Positions 1 to 15,533 of a DNA stretch of 64,000 nucleotides are shown here, one piece after another. The notes beneath the pieces are model-generated. The model searched no databases. It saw nothing but the letters and a program-made list of their open reading frames with translations, and had not been told where the DNA came from. This stretch comes from Chrysomallon squamiferum (taxonomy: Eukaryota; Animalia; Mollusca): the NCBI GenBank assembly GCA_012295275.1, contig CM022673.1:30008001-30072000 (forward strand), read 5' to 3'. Made by a program: the position numbers and the translations under genes. Positions within the stretch are counted from its first letter, which is position 1. Each line of letters opens with the position of its first letter.

Positions 1-181
1 TAACTAATAATATTAAATATCTGTTTTCAATAGTAGGTGAAAGAAATACCGAATATTACTATATGATTATAGTATTATCCCCATACAGTTTGTTTTGTTA
101 TGCAATTACTTTACTGGAATATGATTGAATAGCTATTTTTATTAATAGCTTTTTGAAATGGGAATATTTTATCATGATGAT

Positions 182-226
<45 letters not shown>

Positions 227-2483
227 TTACAACTTCGTGAAGCAATAATCTAAGGGAAGCAAGCTTAATTAACACACATTGAATAGAAAGAATGAGTCTC
301 CAAGAACCCTCATTTATTTATTTTATTATTATTTTTTTCATTTAGCCATATAATGTAACTATTTCCAAATAACATTTTACTTTCGAGATCAATAGTGGAA
401 ACATCAAACAGTTACATAAACATAATTTTTTGTTGTTGTTTGACTGATCTACTGATTAACATGATTAATTTGTTAATTTCTGTTTTGAATTGCAATACAT
501 GTACATGTATATTGCAGAATACAATTTTTTTTAATCCAAATGATATTAAAATAAATTCGATTGATTGATTGATTGACTAGTGCAAAAAATATGTTACATT
601 ACTGACATAGCCTTGCTCTAGGTTTTAACTTTCTGATTTAATACTTGGTGGATAATGTAGTTTTCAAATAACAGTGTATTTCTCCCAAAACATGAATCAT
701 AACTAGCACAAAATATTACATGGTAATCCGTGAGGTTAACAGATACACTGAGGTATAAAATTATGTTTACACATAATAACATTAACACACACTCACCTAA
801 ATATTCTTATGCATACAAACATATAAAATTATCTATAAAAATAGCAAAATTAAGAGAAAGGAAGTGTCATCCGTTTGTTCATAATGATAGAAAAAAGTAT
901 TTTCTAAGTAAAGTATAATTTTAAATAAGCATTTAATAGATTGCTTTAATTAATGATGTTATTTTATTCTGATGGGTTATTTTAACTGAAGAACATAAGT
1001 GTAAACAAATTACTGAAAATGAAGTTTGTTTATACTTACTGACTGACATATTGTCTGTTTCAGAGATATGTAAACAGAGATTTACATGATGTAAGGTGCT
1101 TGTATGATTGAAATAAAATATATTTATTATATTATTTGAAAAAGAAACTCTTAAAATTTAATGTCCTATTGTTTATTTAAATAGAATCCCCCCTTGAATT
1201 CTGTAACACAAATCAAAACTAATAAAACTGTACCCTGATAAAAAATAGAAGAAAAAAAGAAGCAAACAATAAGAAAAAGGTTGTCTTTTTAGTTGTGGCC
1301 TCTAAAAATATGGTGACTTCATTAGGATTCCTTAGAATTCTTACAAATTCACTTTTAATTTTTTTTTTTTTTTTTGACATTGTTACCCACCACATGTAAT
1401 CTCCCACCAGCTTGAAACTGAAGAAAACTTCACTATCAAGCCTTGCCAGTTGAAATTATATCTACATCACCTTCCAAATACTTCATTTATTATCTGTCTA
1501 GATATGTTTAAAAATAATAACTTGAAATATATATATTTTAAAGTTGTAATGAAAAAAAGAAAGTTACTAGGAATAATAAATGTACTATCATCTAAATTTG
1601 ATTTTTAGATACATGTATTACAACACTAACTGTAGCCCATTCCTGTGACTTGAGAATTTGTTTAACTTAAGAATATAAATATTTCTTTAATTTTCAATTA
1701 ATAATATTTAATATAGATTTTCTGAGTATTATGCATATGGGTGTCAGATCAGCTGAGTAACTTTTTAGACAAATCCTTCAAAATGACTGTCAGTTTGAAA
1801 ATATTAGATTTAAAGTTTAATAAAATCCATATCAGCAGATGCAGGCACTGTCAGTGTGAAAGTGCTGGTTTCTAACTTAATTTTATATAACCATCAGGGC
1901 AACAAAATTCCATTACTGTTTTTGACTTTAAAATCAATCCTTTGTGTCATTTTTATTTCATTGTGCATTCCAGGAGGAAAAATGTAACAACTGATATAAA
2001 TTATCTGAAGGTTTTTAATGGTTAATTTTGCTTGAATTAAATGAATGTACTAAATAAAAATCACTTTAGCTTTATTGTTTGATTTATGTTGCTGCAGAAC
2101 TCAGAAAACTGAAGAGAGTAAAATTTCCAGGTTTGATTTTCAAAATTTTAAATCTCAGCATTTCAAAATATTTGTTTAATCTGTTCTGAAATAATTGTTT
2201 ATGAATATTAACTTATATAGTTCAGTAAAAAAACAAAAAACAAACTTATTACCATTTTTCTCATTGATTTGAAAAACATTATATCTGCTACTTTCTGCAT
2301 TTGGTAATGATTATACATTAAAAAATCTAAAGCAATGTAGAACAATATATTGTCTAATGAGTAAAAATTTATCAAATTGTTTTTTATACTGTATGAATTT
2401 TAAAGTACTTAAATCTTTACTGTGTAGGTAATAAAATAAATATACTGTTTATTTAATGGTTTTGATTTTTAAATTATCTCCAG

Positions 2484-3310
2484 ATCTGTCAAATGAAATC
2501 CTCTGTGATCTCTAATAAAAATATGGCCACACTAAATGGAAGCATCTGCCTAAATGATGAGGTAAATGTTTGTTTTGTTTCTTTGGTTTGTTCTTAATTT
2601 TTGGGTGTTCCTGTTCATTAATATCAGTAAATCATGTAATCATGTTATTATTTCTTATTTTGTATTTTCAGTAGTTTCTTTCATGCTCATTATGGAGAAA
2701 GTTCTTTTTTGTGGTTATTTTTGTTGAGGACATTTAAGTTTTTACTTACTGATTATACTATCAGTTTACAATCTGTAAAACTGTCACAAAGTTAACTATT
2801 ATTATTTTTTAAAATAGAAATGTCTTTTCTTCCTTTTTTTTTTTTTTGGATAATCAGTTTCTACATGAATTTGATTATGTTGAGACCTGAACAAAAGGGC
2901 AAACCCAAAGTCTATGCTATCAATACTTTCTTTTATTCAAAATTACTGAGTAGAGGTGATGCATCTGTGAAATGCTGGACATGAAAGATCGACATTTTCA
3001 GTTATGATTATGTTGTGATTCCCATTCTTTTAGGAGTGCACTGGTGCCTGGCTGTAAGGATCTTGCTTTGTGGCATTTTATTTTTCATTAAAATTATTGC
3101 AGATCAGATTTTTTTAGGATGTTGTGAGGAATCTTTCTTTATGCACTTTTTCAGATTATAAACTTTATAATAAAAAATGCATGTTTTCTCTCTTATTTAA
3201 CTGTTTCTGAATCTTCAGTGCTGTTGTTGTTAAATGAATGTGATTGTGGTGTGTTTGCTGGTAAATATGCAGACTATATTACAAGAGAGGCATCAGTTAA
3301 TTTCAGTCAG
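2484..3310 (+). pseudogene. SENP1: Unprocessed (intron-containing) pseudogene of a SENP1/2-like SUMO protease (Ulp1, peptidase C48 catalytic domain)
   Basis: Exon 2484-2561 (cag|...|gtaaat) ends ISNKNMATLNGSICLNDE (cf. SENP1 ITRKDIQTLNHLNWLNDE). Exon 2850-3053 reads IISFYMNLIMLRPEQKGKPKVYAINTFFYSKLLSRGDASVKCWT*KIDIFSYDYVVIPILLGVHWCLA|gtaag (cf. IINFYMNMLMERS...HAFNTFF...VKRWTKKVDVF...VPIHLGVHWCLA). Segment ~3219-3310 reads LNECDCGVFAGKYADYITREASVNFSQ|gtaac (cf. [27 protein letters not shown]). Lesions: in-frame TGA at 2982-2984; acceptor before 2850 is GG not AG; the catalytic-Asp exon is only a remnant at ~3155-3180 (IINFIIKN); the PQQ motif is lost. Confidence 0.9.
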
Positions 3311-4241
3311 GTAACTGAAAGACTATTTATTAAAAGCAGTCTGATAAATAAATATTTGTATAACCATAGCCATTTTATAACTAATTTATACTGTTTGACG
3401 TTTTATAATTAAATAAGATTACAGATAAATATTTTAAAAACCAACAAAGAAACTGTTACATATAATCTTGAAGATCCTGTTTTACTGCCAGGTGTGAAAC
3501 AATTTGTATTTGAAGAAGAAAGAGTTTAAAAATTAAAGGACTTAATCTGACAATAAATTTAACCCGTTACATTAATATCTGACTTGGTATTTCTCTGGTA
3601 ATAACTAATACTGAAACTCTGACACTAAATTTACATGTCAGACATTCCATTTTACTCTTTTTTTATATATATTTTTTGAATGAAAAGTTTAGATAACATT
3701 TCTGTCAAATAACTTTTGTTTATGCTACACTGGGTTACCGGATCCATTCCCTATTGTACTGTGTATAGGTTATTGGTTTACTAACTGTATCAATGAACAC
3801 TGCGTGACTGACATGTAAAAAGATGTTCAGTGTGCTTTTGGGCGTAACAGCCACTGGTCGATAATAATGCATACACTTTTCAACGAGTAGTCCTTTTTTT
3901 TTTTTTTTTTTAAATGTGAATAAAAAGTAAATACTTATACTTTGTCATTATGAAATTAAATAAAAAAATAAATGCAATGTCGTCTATCAAAAATTACATG
4001 ATCACAAATTTGTGGCGTTTAAGAAGTAAACCTGGACCAAATGAATCCTTTGATAAGGGCGGTAACTCGAGACATACTGGTATGCCTCTTTCATACTTGT
4101 GAACAATAGCCTAATCTCGTACACATTTATTTCTAATACTTTAAGCTCCATTCAAGACTTCAGAGTTCAGGAAGGTTATGTAGTTGTCATTGAGAACACT
4201 GTTCAGTTTTCGTTGACAACAATAGTAGTAACATAATCTAA

Positions 4242-4291
<50 letters not shown>

Positions 4292-4588
4292 TGATGATGA
4301 TGATGAATAATAAAAAAAACAACAACAATACAATTTTCACAGCTAGCTAACACTGCACAGAATACCAATATAAGTTATTTTAATTTTTGAATCGACACAG
4401 AAATGACACTTTAGATGACCAACAAAATCCTAACTAAATGTATGGATAATATATCTTTGTTCTTATTCTAGCTGAGAAAATTGTGACTATTTATCCATTT
4501 TGTGTTGCTAAGTTTACACGTCTCTGTGATGGACATAGTGTCTGTTGGAATGAAACATTACACACGTATGGTTTAAATGCGTTAAACA

Positions 4589-4630
<42 letters not shown>

Positions 4631-4699
4631 TTTTTTAAAAGCTAAAGCAGCTACATAATTTTTTTTTAATGATACTTTACATTATAATAAGCATATGCA

Positions 4700-4734
<35 letters not shown>

Positions 4735-7677
4735 ACAAACAAACATTTGTGGCGGTGTTGCTAAACACTCGTTTTATTTATAATTGCCTACGAAACTTTC
4801 AAACAAAATTTTCAGAATATATTACTAAAAAAAAAAAAAAAAAAATTATATATATATATATCCATAAAATTTAGCACAGTCTGGTTATTTAATATGAAGA
4901 GCAGGATCCACAACAGATACAGACATACATACATACCTATATGTGTACACACACAAACACACACACATACACACACACACACACACATACAATCATACAT
5001 ACAAATACATGAACATAAAGAGAAAGATATCTACAGGAGTACAAAAGATACATGCATAAGTAAATATAAGACATAATATTAAATTAACCATCATCATCAT
5101 CATTTACACACAAATACGAGGAATTCTGGGTCTGATTGAACGTGAACGTGCTCATGCATACATACATATACATACATTCATATACATACATCCACATGCA
5201 TACATACATACATACATATACATAACTACATATACATACATACATACATACACGCACATATACGTATGTGTGTTTGTGTATACATACACAAATCTTGATA
5301 ACTACAAATACGATAGAATGACATGATCGCATGCATAGATACGCGTACAGATACACTAAGAGAGAAAACATACACAAATGAAAAACTGCTACATTTACAC
5401 GTACACCAAGTATAGAACATGAAAACCATGTATGTAAATAATACATATCGAAAAAAGATAGTTACACACACATACACACACACACAAACAACAAAAAAAC
5501 AGCAAACAACATAAAACAAAAATACCTTACACACCTACAAACACATATATAAATATGTAATTGCACACATTAGAACACACTTATATTGTATGTGCATACA
5601 CAGTTGCTTACATACATACACAAAATCACATATATACACATAAAACCCCCCAGCAAACAAAGACACACACTCAAAACCCATACAAACACATAATTTATAT
5701 CCTAAAACAAACAGGCCGTTCAGGTTTCTTCCTTGGTTCACTTATACATCTAAAATGTTCTTACAACACTCTGCATGTTTTAAATGTACATGTCCGAATA
5801 ACTACTTCTCCTAAAGCATAATTCTCACTTGACCTAATGATGTTTTAACACCCGAGGAATTATTTTAGATTAAGTTGTGACCCTTGGGAATGAGCTAGAA
5901 CAGGAAATACGTATGTCACCATACCTCAGCTCTCATTGAGAGCTCTACTGCTGGCATTATCATTTAACAATCAGTCGACTTGTTTTAGTCTGTTAGGACT
6001 GCTAAGCAGTCTGTCAGTTTTCATCCCGTTACTTGATAGCTAATTGTATTTTACTGTCCATTAATTAAGAAACTGGTGTCTTAAAAAGGGTGCCCGTTGA
6101 TAGTAACGTAGTTCAAGATTATAATTTTCTGGCCAGTTAAAGTGTTTGGCTTCTCATAATCATTCCTTTTTATAGAGAGATCCTCTTTTATTTCTAACCG
6201 GGGGTCAGACAATTCAGAATGCAATGAAAACCTGCCGAGTCTGGCTGTAATCGTGGTAGTAGATTCTTATTTTTATTCAAATTCAAGTATTCGCAAAAAA
6301 AAAAAAAAAAAAAAAAAGAAGACGACGCACTGAATTCATCTCTCCATTAAAATAGTACTTAATAATTACTTGTCGCCTTCATGGACATTTTTGTTTGCCT
6401 GAAACATGATATACGTTAACAAAAGAAATCTTTTGTTAGCGTCTGTCAGGGGACTGTATCCTTATAACATCTGGAGATTTATTTCCATGCAGAATCTTGC
6501 TCCGGACTGGCGTTTGACTCGTGCCGCCCGTGCGCCGCTAATGGTGATAGTCTGCTAATGAAGTATGATAAATGGGTAAGAAATATTTAACTGAAAAGCG
6601 CTTAATTAAAATGCTTCTCTTTAACATTGTAAATAAAGTGCGGAGATGATGTTATCTGACAGAGATAGATGGCCTGACTGAATATTTAGCCCGTTAACGG
6701 AAAAAAAAAGCAACAAAAAAACTGTATACGAATTAAATAGGTAAATAATAACTATTAAAACGAAAACAAAAAAGCTCGCACCTTTGTTTGTGCAATAACA
6801 GTGACAACTGGAAATACAAATAAAGAACATTAATCGAAGAATAAAGAAGAGCATACATATAAATATGTATTTATATGTATGCATGTATTGAACCGTGTAT
6901 TCGTAATTGTAAGATGCATGTTTGCATACCACCACTACTAATCACAAAAAATTCTGCAAGAACTACAAAATAACAACAACTGCTACTATAACCCATAATT
7001 CTAAGTCTTGATTAAAATAGACAAAACACAAGTTATTACCTAAATAATTTAAGTCAACTATCATTAGCAATATATGTTTTTAGAATGGCCTTAAAGTTAA
7101 TATTATTCTTCTTTACAAATCGCACATGACCCGAGTAACACACACAAACGAACAAACGCTTATACTCACAGAATGACACGATTACTTTGCAATTTTCATT
7201 TATTGATGAATGTCAGCAATCAAAAGTATGTTATTGTAAAAAATATCTTTGTCCATGACGAATATTCAGGACTTGTTATATGTATGTATGTATGCATGTA
7301 TGTATGTATGTATGTATGTCCAATATAACCTATTAATGTGCGCAACGCGAACGTAAGAATTAGGCCTATTCACTGTTTTTAAATCAGATTTAAGAGTGCA
7401 AATAAAACACTTCCCGCTTAGCCTTCCTGTCAATCAAACAGCGCGAAGTCTAGAATACCAACATAGGGATATAACCCTATACATCTCGCCCTGAATAATG
7501 ACTTTTAACTTACAACAATAGGATTTACTGAGACACGAATGTCATTTATTGTGCAGACGCGTGCCTTAGAACCCACGCTATTGCTCATCCGGGTTACTGG
7601 CCACGTGCCATGTTTATGATGACATGTTCTAAACAACTAATCTTTTCTTTCGTGTTTTCTAATTTTTTAATTTTTTT

Positions 7678-7715
<38 letters not shown>

Positions 7716-10700
7716 TGCGTAACTCTACCGTGTATTTGGATCTTTATAGCGACAATGCATTTAAGTTAAATATTAAAAAACAACTTTAGATTTCCAAATA
7801 CGTTTAAACATTTGTTAACTGTACACGTATAGTTTATTACTTCTTTTTTCATCTTTTCCTCCTGTTTTTTTTCTTCACCTTGATGATCTTAATTTATTTT
7901 TGTTTTTCATCATAAAAACATTATTATTTTATATTTATTTTATTAATATATTTTTAATTTTTAAAATTTTCTTCACATATTTTTGGATTTTTTTCCTTTA
8001 TATAGTAATTATTTTCACTCTAAGTGTTGCAACAGAACATTTAATTAAAGTTACGCCCTTATTTTGCACAGTCCATAATGAATTTGAAATTGAATAATTA
8101 ATGTAAAGTAACTGATGAAAACGAGAAACATTATTTTTAAAATTAAATATAAGAAAATAAAACTGGAACAGGTTAAAATTGAATTAATATTTATATAAGA
8201 AGAATTAATAATAAATAAATAAAACTAAAAAAGTAAAAAGAAAAAAAAAAGAAAGAAAGAAAAAGAACAAAAAAACAAAACTACATAGAACAAAGATAAG
8301 AAAATGAACTTATTATAATCACTTCTACGATTATCATCACTAGTAGTACTATTACCAACACTAACTCTACTACTACTACTACTACTATTACTACAGATAC
8401 CATTACTACCATTACTTCTACTTCTACTGCTACTACTACTATTACTACTACTACTAAAAATACTACTAGTACAGCTACTACTATTACTACTACTAATAAT
8501 AGAAAACAATAAAATAAAAATAATATAAAAATAAATAAATACATAAAGTTAAACAAATAAAAAACACAATGAAAGAAACAAAACAGATGTGAAAAGAGCT
8601 CAGTGACATATTGGTTGGAACGGGAAACAACAGAGACGGGCAATCGACCGAGTACATCTTAGATTAAGAACATATCATAACAACTTATAAGTGATATTTT
8701 GTTTTATGAAAACAACACAGTAACAATAACAAAAAAATAATAAAAAAAACATTTAAGGAAAAAAAAAAAAAAAACGAATAAACAAAAAACAAACAAAACA
8801 GCCGCCAATCCTCCCAAAATGTCCCAAATAAACAACAACAACAATATTAATATTGCCGTAGCAGTAGAAATAGCAGTTACTGTTTGTTGTTGTTACTGAT
8901 ATTATTATTATGTTTATCATTCTTGTTATTGTTATTGTTGTTATTGCTCTTGATATTACTACTACATCCACTACCGAATAATGGTTTTAAATCAGTATTA
9001 ATATAATTAATACTAATTACCTTTTTCATGGTTGATGCTATTTATGAAATATACCAGTGGTAATATTTATTTGTTTTCTGACACTCAAAAACACAAAAAG
9101 AAATGAAAAAGAAGAAGTAGATCCTGCCCACTAATATGACAAAAAAAGAGGAAAGTTCACTTTTGATATTTGTAATAATTTCTTTTTCGAATATACTGTA
9201 CGCCATAATCATTATTTATTTATTTATTTATTTATTTATTCTCGCATTGAAGTTCAGTTCCAGGTTTGGTAATGACACTTAGGTTTTCTATTATTCTTGT
9301 AAAACGTTGTTGTTGATAGTCTGTTGTTTGCAATCAAACCGATTTTTTTTTCTAAACTTGTTGCGTAAACCACGCACGTTTTCGAAATAATTAAATTTTA
9401 CTGATCTGTTTGAATTTTACAGCCGATTTTCTTTGATAAAATACGTCACCATTCTCAGTTCTAAAATCCACATTTTTTCCTTTTCAGTTTTTAAAATTTT
9501 CCTTTGTTCAAAGAACGTTGGCCTTTGATATTTGAAACCATTAGCCATTATAACAAAAAAAAAAAAAAAAAAAAAACCGCCGTGTGATTTTTATATTTTT
9601 TTTTTTTTTTTTTTTTAAATCTTATTTTCTGGTTCGCCTTTGTAATCCGTCAGCAGAAACTGTAACGTGATGATTTTTGTGCATAATATTGTGCAACTGC
9701 AAAGTTCCAGACAAAAGCTATTTCCAAACATTTATTAGGAAGAAACGACCATTTCATAAAGACGGGGACTGTGTGCAGTGCACCAATGTGCATGATGCAT
9801 TATTCATAAAAAAAAAAGAGACAGTGGCGTAAATTTGGCGGCTTAGCGGTAAAAGGCAGTTTTTATTCAATTTTACCTGTATTCGTTTCACATCGATTTC
9901 TAATTTCTGTTTTTGTAAACAAACTCAGCTTTTCAGGGCCGTTTGTGTTAATGTCTAGTTTTTACGTTGCTTATGCAGCAGTTCAGCTTGTGTTTTCATG
10001 ATCCACCGCCAACCAATCTCAGACTTCTAATTAATTTTCAAGAATAGATTCGTTATTATTATTATTTTTATTTTTAAATAATATTTTTTTCGCTAATATT
10101 TGAAATTTATTTAGTTTCCAGTCTCTTTCACGCACACACACAGACGCAAGGACTGTAGTATTACAATAACATCCAGCAGCTATATGGCGATTCTGGTGCA
10201 GACTCATTCATTGACTTTAAAGTGCTTTATGCGAAAAATTATTTTAATTTGCATGAGTGACCTTGACTTAAGACCAAAATGTAAACATAAACAACTTTGT
10301 CTGGTTTTTTTGTGTGTGTGAAACCTAAATTTTAAAAATACTGTGACTTGTTATCAAAGCAAATGGTTTGTTTCTACATAACAAACGTTGTTGGTGAAAT
10401 AAATGTTTTGTTAGCCAAAGTCAAGTAAATGTAATTAGTTATTTGGTTATCGCCAGAAACTAATTGGATAAACTTGCAGCGTGTTTAAATTGTATCTGGA
10501 TGCGTTTCCTTATCAAAGTGTATCTTTAATGTCATGTACAAAATTATGTCCAAAATTCAGTTTTTATGCTTTAAAGATGAGTTTTGTATTACATGTATAG
10601 ACCAATCTTTACTCATATTAATAAAGTGTGATATTACGATAGCAAGATCACGTGGATGCAATAAGACACCTGTCTTCTGTTTATGGTGAGATTATTTCTT

Positions 10701-13700
10701 AAGTGTGTGTGTTTGTGTGAGTGTGTGTGTGTGAGTGTGTGTGTATGTGTGTTATGCAATACTGATACCTTCAGATGAGTATTTGTACATTTCTATGTAC
10801 GAAATGACATTACAATTAAAAGGAAAATATTTGAAACTGATTAGACTCAACCATGCAGATAAAACTGTAAGACCTAATTCACTGCATAACACACAAGCTA
10901 TGATGTGACACGCTAAACAATCACGTGCTTTTTTCAAAATCCGAACCAGGAAACGCACTGTATAACCATTCCTATCGAGAAGAAACTGATGATAAACAGG
11001 CTTTTTGTCCGGTAAAAACTGCTTTGTTGTTTTTGTTTTTCTTTATTAAAGGATCCTTCTGTAATTTTTAAATAAAATATTGCTGGTTTTATAGCATTCT
11101 CCAGTATTATGAATTATAATACTTCATTAAAAACTATTTCCGAAAGGACGGATGTCATGGTAATTTAGGAGATATTAAAACTAAAAACTCCACCGGTTAT
11201 TATTTAAAATATTATTATTTTTTTCTTTAATACTGAAAAGACTTCAAAAACACGTTTCAAGTGCGAAATGTCGTTACGTATACGAAATGTTTGAATCCAG
11301 AATATTTTTGTCTTTACTTTTATTATTCTTTTCTTTCTTTTTTTTTTATGTGAAGGGAAAAAAATGAAGAAAACAGAAAAGACCGATCTCACGTACAAAA
11401 TATCACACAAGCTAAGCCACGTTTTCAGAAATCATAAAATAATACGAATGTTTTTGACACAGCACCGTATGTATTATTCTTGTTTATTTAGCCGCCATTA
11501 CAATAGTCAAGTATTACAATTAATGTGAAGGTTAAAAACTGTGGGAATAATAGACACGCGGGAGGCGCCCAGCACCAAACGTCGACGTGTCAGTCGCTTT
11601 GTCGTCTCGCAGATGATCCGTTGTTGAGGTTTTACTTCCGGCACGAGGCGGTGGCTTGCACCGATCATTGCTCCGAGGAATAAATCAATGATACAGATAG
11701 AGTTGTCTTTTCCTATAGATGTCAAACGATATTTTATTTTACTTCTCTTTTCACAGATTGATTTTCTTTATTTCTTTTCTTTCCTTTCCTTTTTTCTTTT
11801 CTTTTCATTTATAAATTTCATTTTATTTTAATAATAATAATAATAGTATTAGCTGCAGCAGATTTAGTAATAACTATGATTATGATAATTTTAAAAGTAT
11901 AGGAGATCATAATTTTGCTAGGTTAGGTAAAATTATCAAAATATTTTATTGCATACACTTATTTGTATTTCGCCACAGTGATCCTAACATCAATAAGCAG
12001 AAATTTCTGCACGTTGATATCATCAAGTAAAAATAGCCAATTGTATGCAAGCTGATTTTATCGTTCAGAGTTTGTCCTCGTTATATATCTTTACTTCTTA
12101 TTATGAGAATGAGTGAATGCAGACATATACTTATTGTTTCTTCAATAGAAAAATAAATCATTTATTGAATCTTAAAAATAGTTGTTAATTAATCATTATT
12201 ATATATCTCTTTAATAAATCTACATTTTTGACAATTACAGAAGATATTTTTGTCATTTTTCTCAATAATGAGCAGGGAGCGGGGTTCGGTTTTATACTTA
12301 AAAGGTTTTGTATTATCTTCATTACTTTTGGATTTAGTTTATGAATATCAACATTTTTTCAGATATAGGAAAAATGTTATGCTTTATTATGTCTGGTGCG
12401 AAATTGCACACATGCACACAAACACACACGCATACATACACTCATACATATACAAACACATGCATAGACACACACATATGTATCGTTGTATTTTTGACAT
12501 TTAATAAATGTTTAGCGTATTATTTTGGGAAATAATGAAACAGTTTTTTAGAGTTAATCAATATTTAACTTCAGCTAACTAAGAATTAATAGCTTAGCCT
12601 GCTAACTGAGTTAGCTGTGCCCAAAGAAAGAGTACTGGCGAGCGATCATAGAACTCGGTTGTTGAAATAAGCCCATCCCGCAGGATGGGTTGATTTCTTT
12701 CTGTTTCAGCCAGTGCAATATAATTAAAACCTGTGGTATGCATTTTTTTCTTGGCTTTGGGTGTGTATCTAAAAAAAGTATTTTGCTGTAAGAGTATTCT
12801 AAGGAATGCAAAGAACATTTCGTTTTTCTCTCTTTCTTTATGTAAAACAGCTTTCTAATTCTCACCTCCATGGTTACAAAATCGAGGGAGAATAAAGTTA
12901 GGTTTATTTTCGTATAGAATAAGACCATTTTAATGTTTTATTTACTAGACAAACGATGAACTTGTAGTACCTTTAATAATCTTTTACAACGTTATTGCAA
13001 AACATCAAAATCTAATTAAAGCGAGTATCAGAAAGCAGGAATTAGAGTATGTATTTTAAAAATCATTATACTCCAGGATTACATTTTCCATAAAAAACTG
13101 AAAATGTAATACCTGAAACTGTAATGAAAACGCGGGCTGAATTAAGTTTCCTTTCATACAATCACTGATTTGCATATCAGACATTGTACTTCATGGAATG
13201 AGTATGACACACGTAGGAGTAAAAAAAACCTGTATATGCTCCACTCTCCTCACCCTCTTAACCCAAGATATCGATCATAAGCTACGTTTATTTTCACACC
13301 TGCGATGCAATTAACAGAAATCGAGAATGTTTATTGGTTAAAAAAAATGGTTTGCAGAAAGTGCATTAACATACAATTGTAACGAGAAGACTTCATGGTA
13401 AGCTATGTTTTGAAAGAGATGTTGCTGTCCTCGCTATTGGTATGTGTTTTTTTCTTAATAAAGAAGAGGTTGAGAAAATGTCTGAATTGTCGAACCACAC
13501 ACGAATATGTTGGACGAATACTAGATTTACGTGAGTCTGTGAATCACTGATATAAAGATTACGCAAACAGCAAACCAATGTTGTTTCTGTCTATAGATGT
13601 GCTTTGTATGCGTGTGTGTGCGGGTATGTGTGTGAATGTGTATAGACATTTTATGGCAATTGCATATGAGACGTAATGGATATATTTGTAGATATATTTT

Positions 13701-15470
13701 TATATCTGAATCAACAATGTTTCACTCTTATCTTATAAATATTAAAATTACTTTGTGGATCACTATTTAATACCATTTCATGTTTCCTGCGATATCAGGC
13801 AATTACTTCAAGGCGTTACTGCTGCCTATCAAAATAAATTATGAATATTCTGTTAATTCTTCATTTTATTAATTTATTTATTTGTTAATTTTTATTTAGG
13901 ACACATATATGCAGAACAGTGTGATGGGGAAAACAAATTTTAGTGTTTGAAATCAGAATATAAATCAAAGTGGACACGTCAATTTAAAAAATGATTTCCT
14001 CGGCAAAGAAAATCAGCTAAGTTTAACAAGACATTAACAATCTATTTTGCTGCTGTAGTCTTATTTACTCTTTATTCTCCCAAACATACGAGTTCAAATG
14101 AAAAGGTCAAAGTTTCCGAATCACACAAGTATAGCAGTTGGAAAAATGAACAAATGCTGAACCCGGTTTTCAATTGATGTCTAGTTAAATTAAGTACTAC
14201 CTTTAATCCTCCTCCAAAACCGCTTAAGAGCACTTTAATAGGGTACACATTATTTCCTTCTTGTCTAAACTAATTAAATAACTACAAATTGAAAGCCGTT
14301 TCAGACCTCAGGTGCAAGGATAAAGTGTTTTAAACAAAAAGAAAGAAACCGTAAAAAACGAAAGAGAAGGTTAAAAAAAAAAATCACCGCTTAATGGTGT
14401 TCAATGGAAAGTCGTCTAGAGGAGGTTGGTGGCTGATGTGACGTAACGGCGCATTACAGAGACATTAAAATAAACGCCATTGTTTCTTGTTTGTTGAAAC
14501 ACGCGTCATTTTTATTTTTATATTTTTCCCTTTCGTTCTTACCATAAAGAGCAGTGGCGCACGTGCTGGCTGTTTATTTCAATGGCGGGGCAGCAGAAAC
14601 CAACGTCACATTCACCGCGACGTATTTTCCACACGTTTGTGAGGCGCATTGTCAATTTACAACGAGACAACTCGCGATCGTGGATCGGGTTGCGGTAGAC
14701 GCTCTTTTAAAGGTTTATTCACCGGCGATTTGAGCGCCGAACGGAACGATCTGAAAACAAGTCTAATTTCACGCACAATTAAGGAAAATCCTAGCCACGT
14801 GCCGGCGAGTTTAACCGATGTGTGCTCGTGCCGCTCTAGCTATCAAATTCAGTAACCGAAGACACAACAGTTAAATATGAGAAAACGTTTCTTTGGCACG
14901 CTTCAACGACGCTTTTGTTCGGCTGAGCATCTTAAACCAGGAAGCAAGCAACAAAAACACAGAGGTGAAATGAAACGTTAATCTCCGCGAATACCCGGAT
15001 ATAAAGTATTTAACCCCAACGCCATCAGTTCCTGTTTGTCGGAGCATCCCTATTGGTTTATTCGCAAAGGTGTTTGTAAAATCCTAATGCAGAATTAGGT
15101 CTGGATATCCGGTATTTAATCTTGTTTTGAGATCTACTTCTATTTCTCGTGTTCTTTGCACATAAAAATTTGTTGATGGTATCACTATAAAATAAGAACA
15201 AAACAAAATAGAAAGAGTTATACAAATCTTTACTAGTGAAATTCAACTAGATATCCCCAAAACAGTTTCTTCACCCTATCTCCTTCCCTCCCTCCCATCA
15301 CCCTCCGTCTATCTGATTATAACCATCCACCCAAACGTCCATCTATTCATCAATCAATCCATCCATCTATCCATCTACTTTTGATTTTTTCTGTCTATCT
15401 CTCTAGTAATATCTGTAAGGCTTTCTGGTTTTAATGTGCATCTGTTACTTATACCCTTCCAACACACACA

Positions 15471-15533
<63 letters not shown>

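Noticed and set aside
2484-3310. Ulp1 protease as cargo of a DNA transposon
   Set aside because: The sequence closely follows cellular SENP1/2, with spliceosomal introns and no adjacent transposase or TIRs visible in the window.
12572-12692. Short hairpins (GCTAACT-G-AGTTAGC; CCCATCC-CGCA-GGATGGG) suggesting a SINE, tRNA or Helitron end
   Set aside because: No A/B boxes, cloverleaf or CTRR terminus could be identified.
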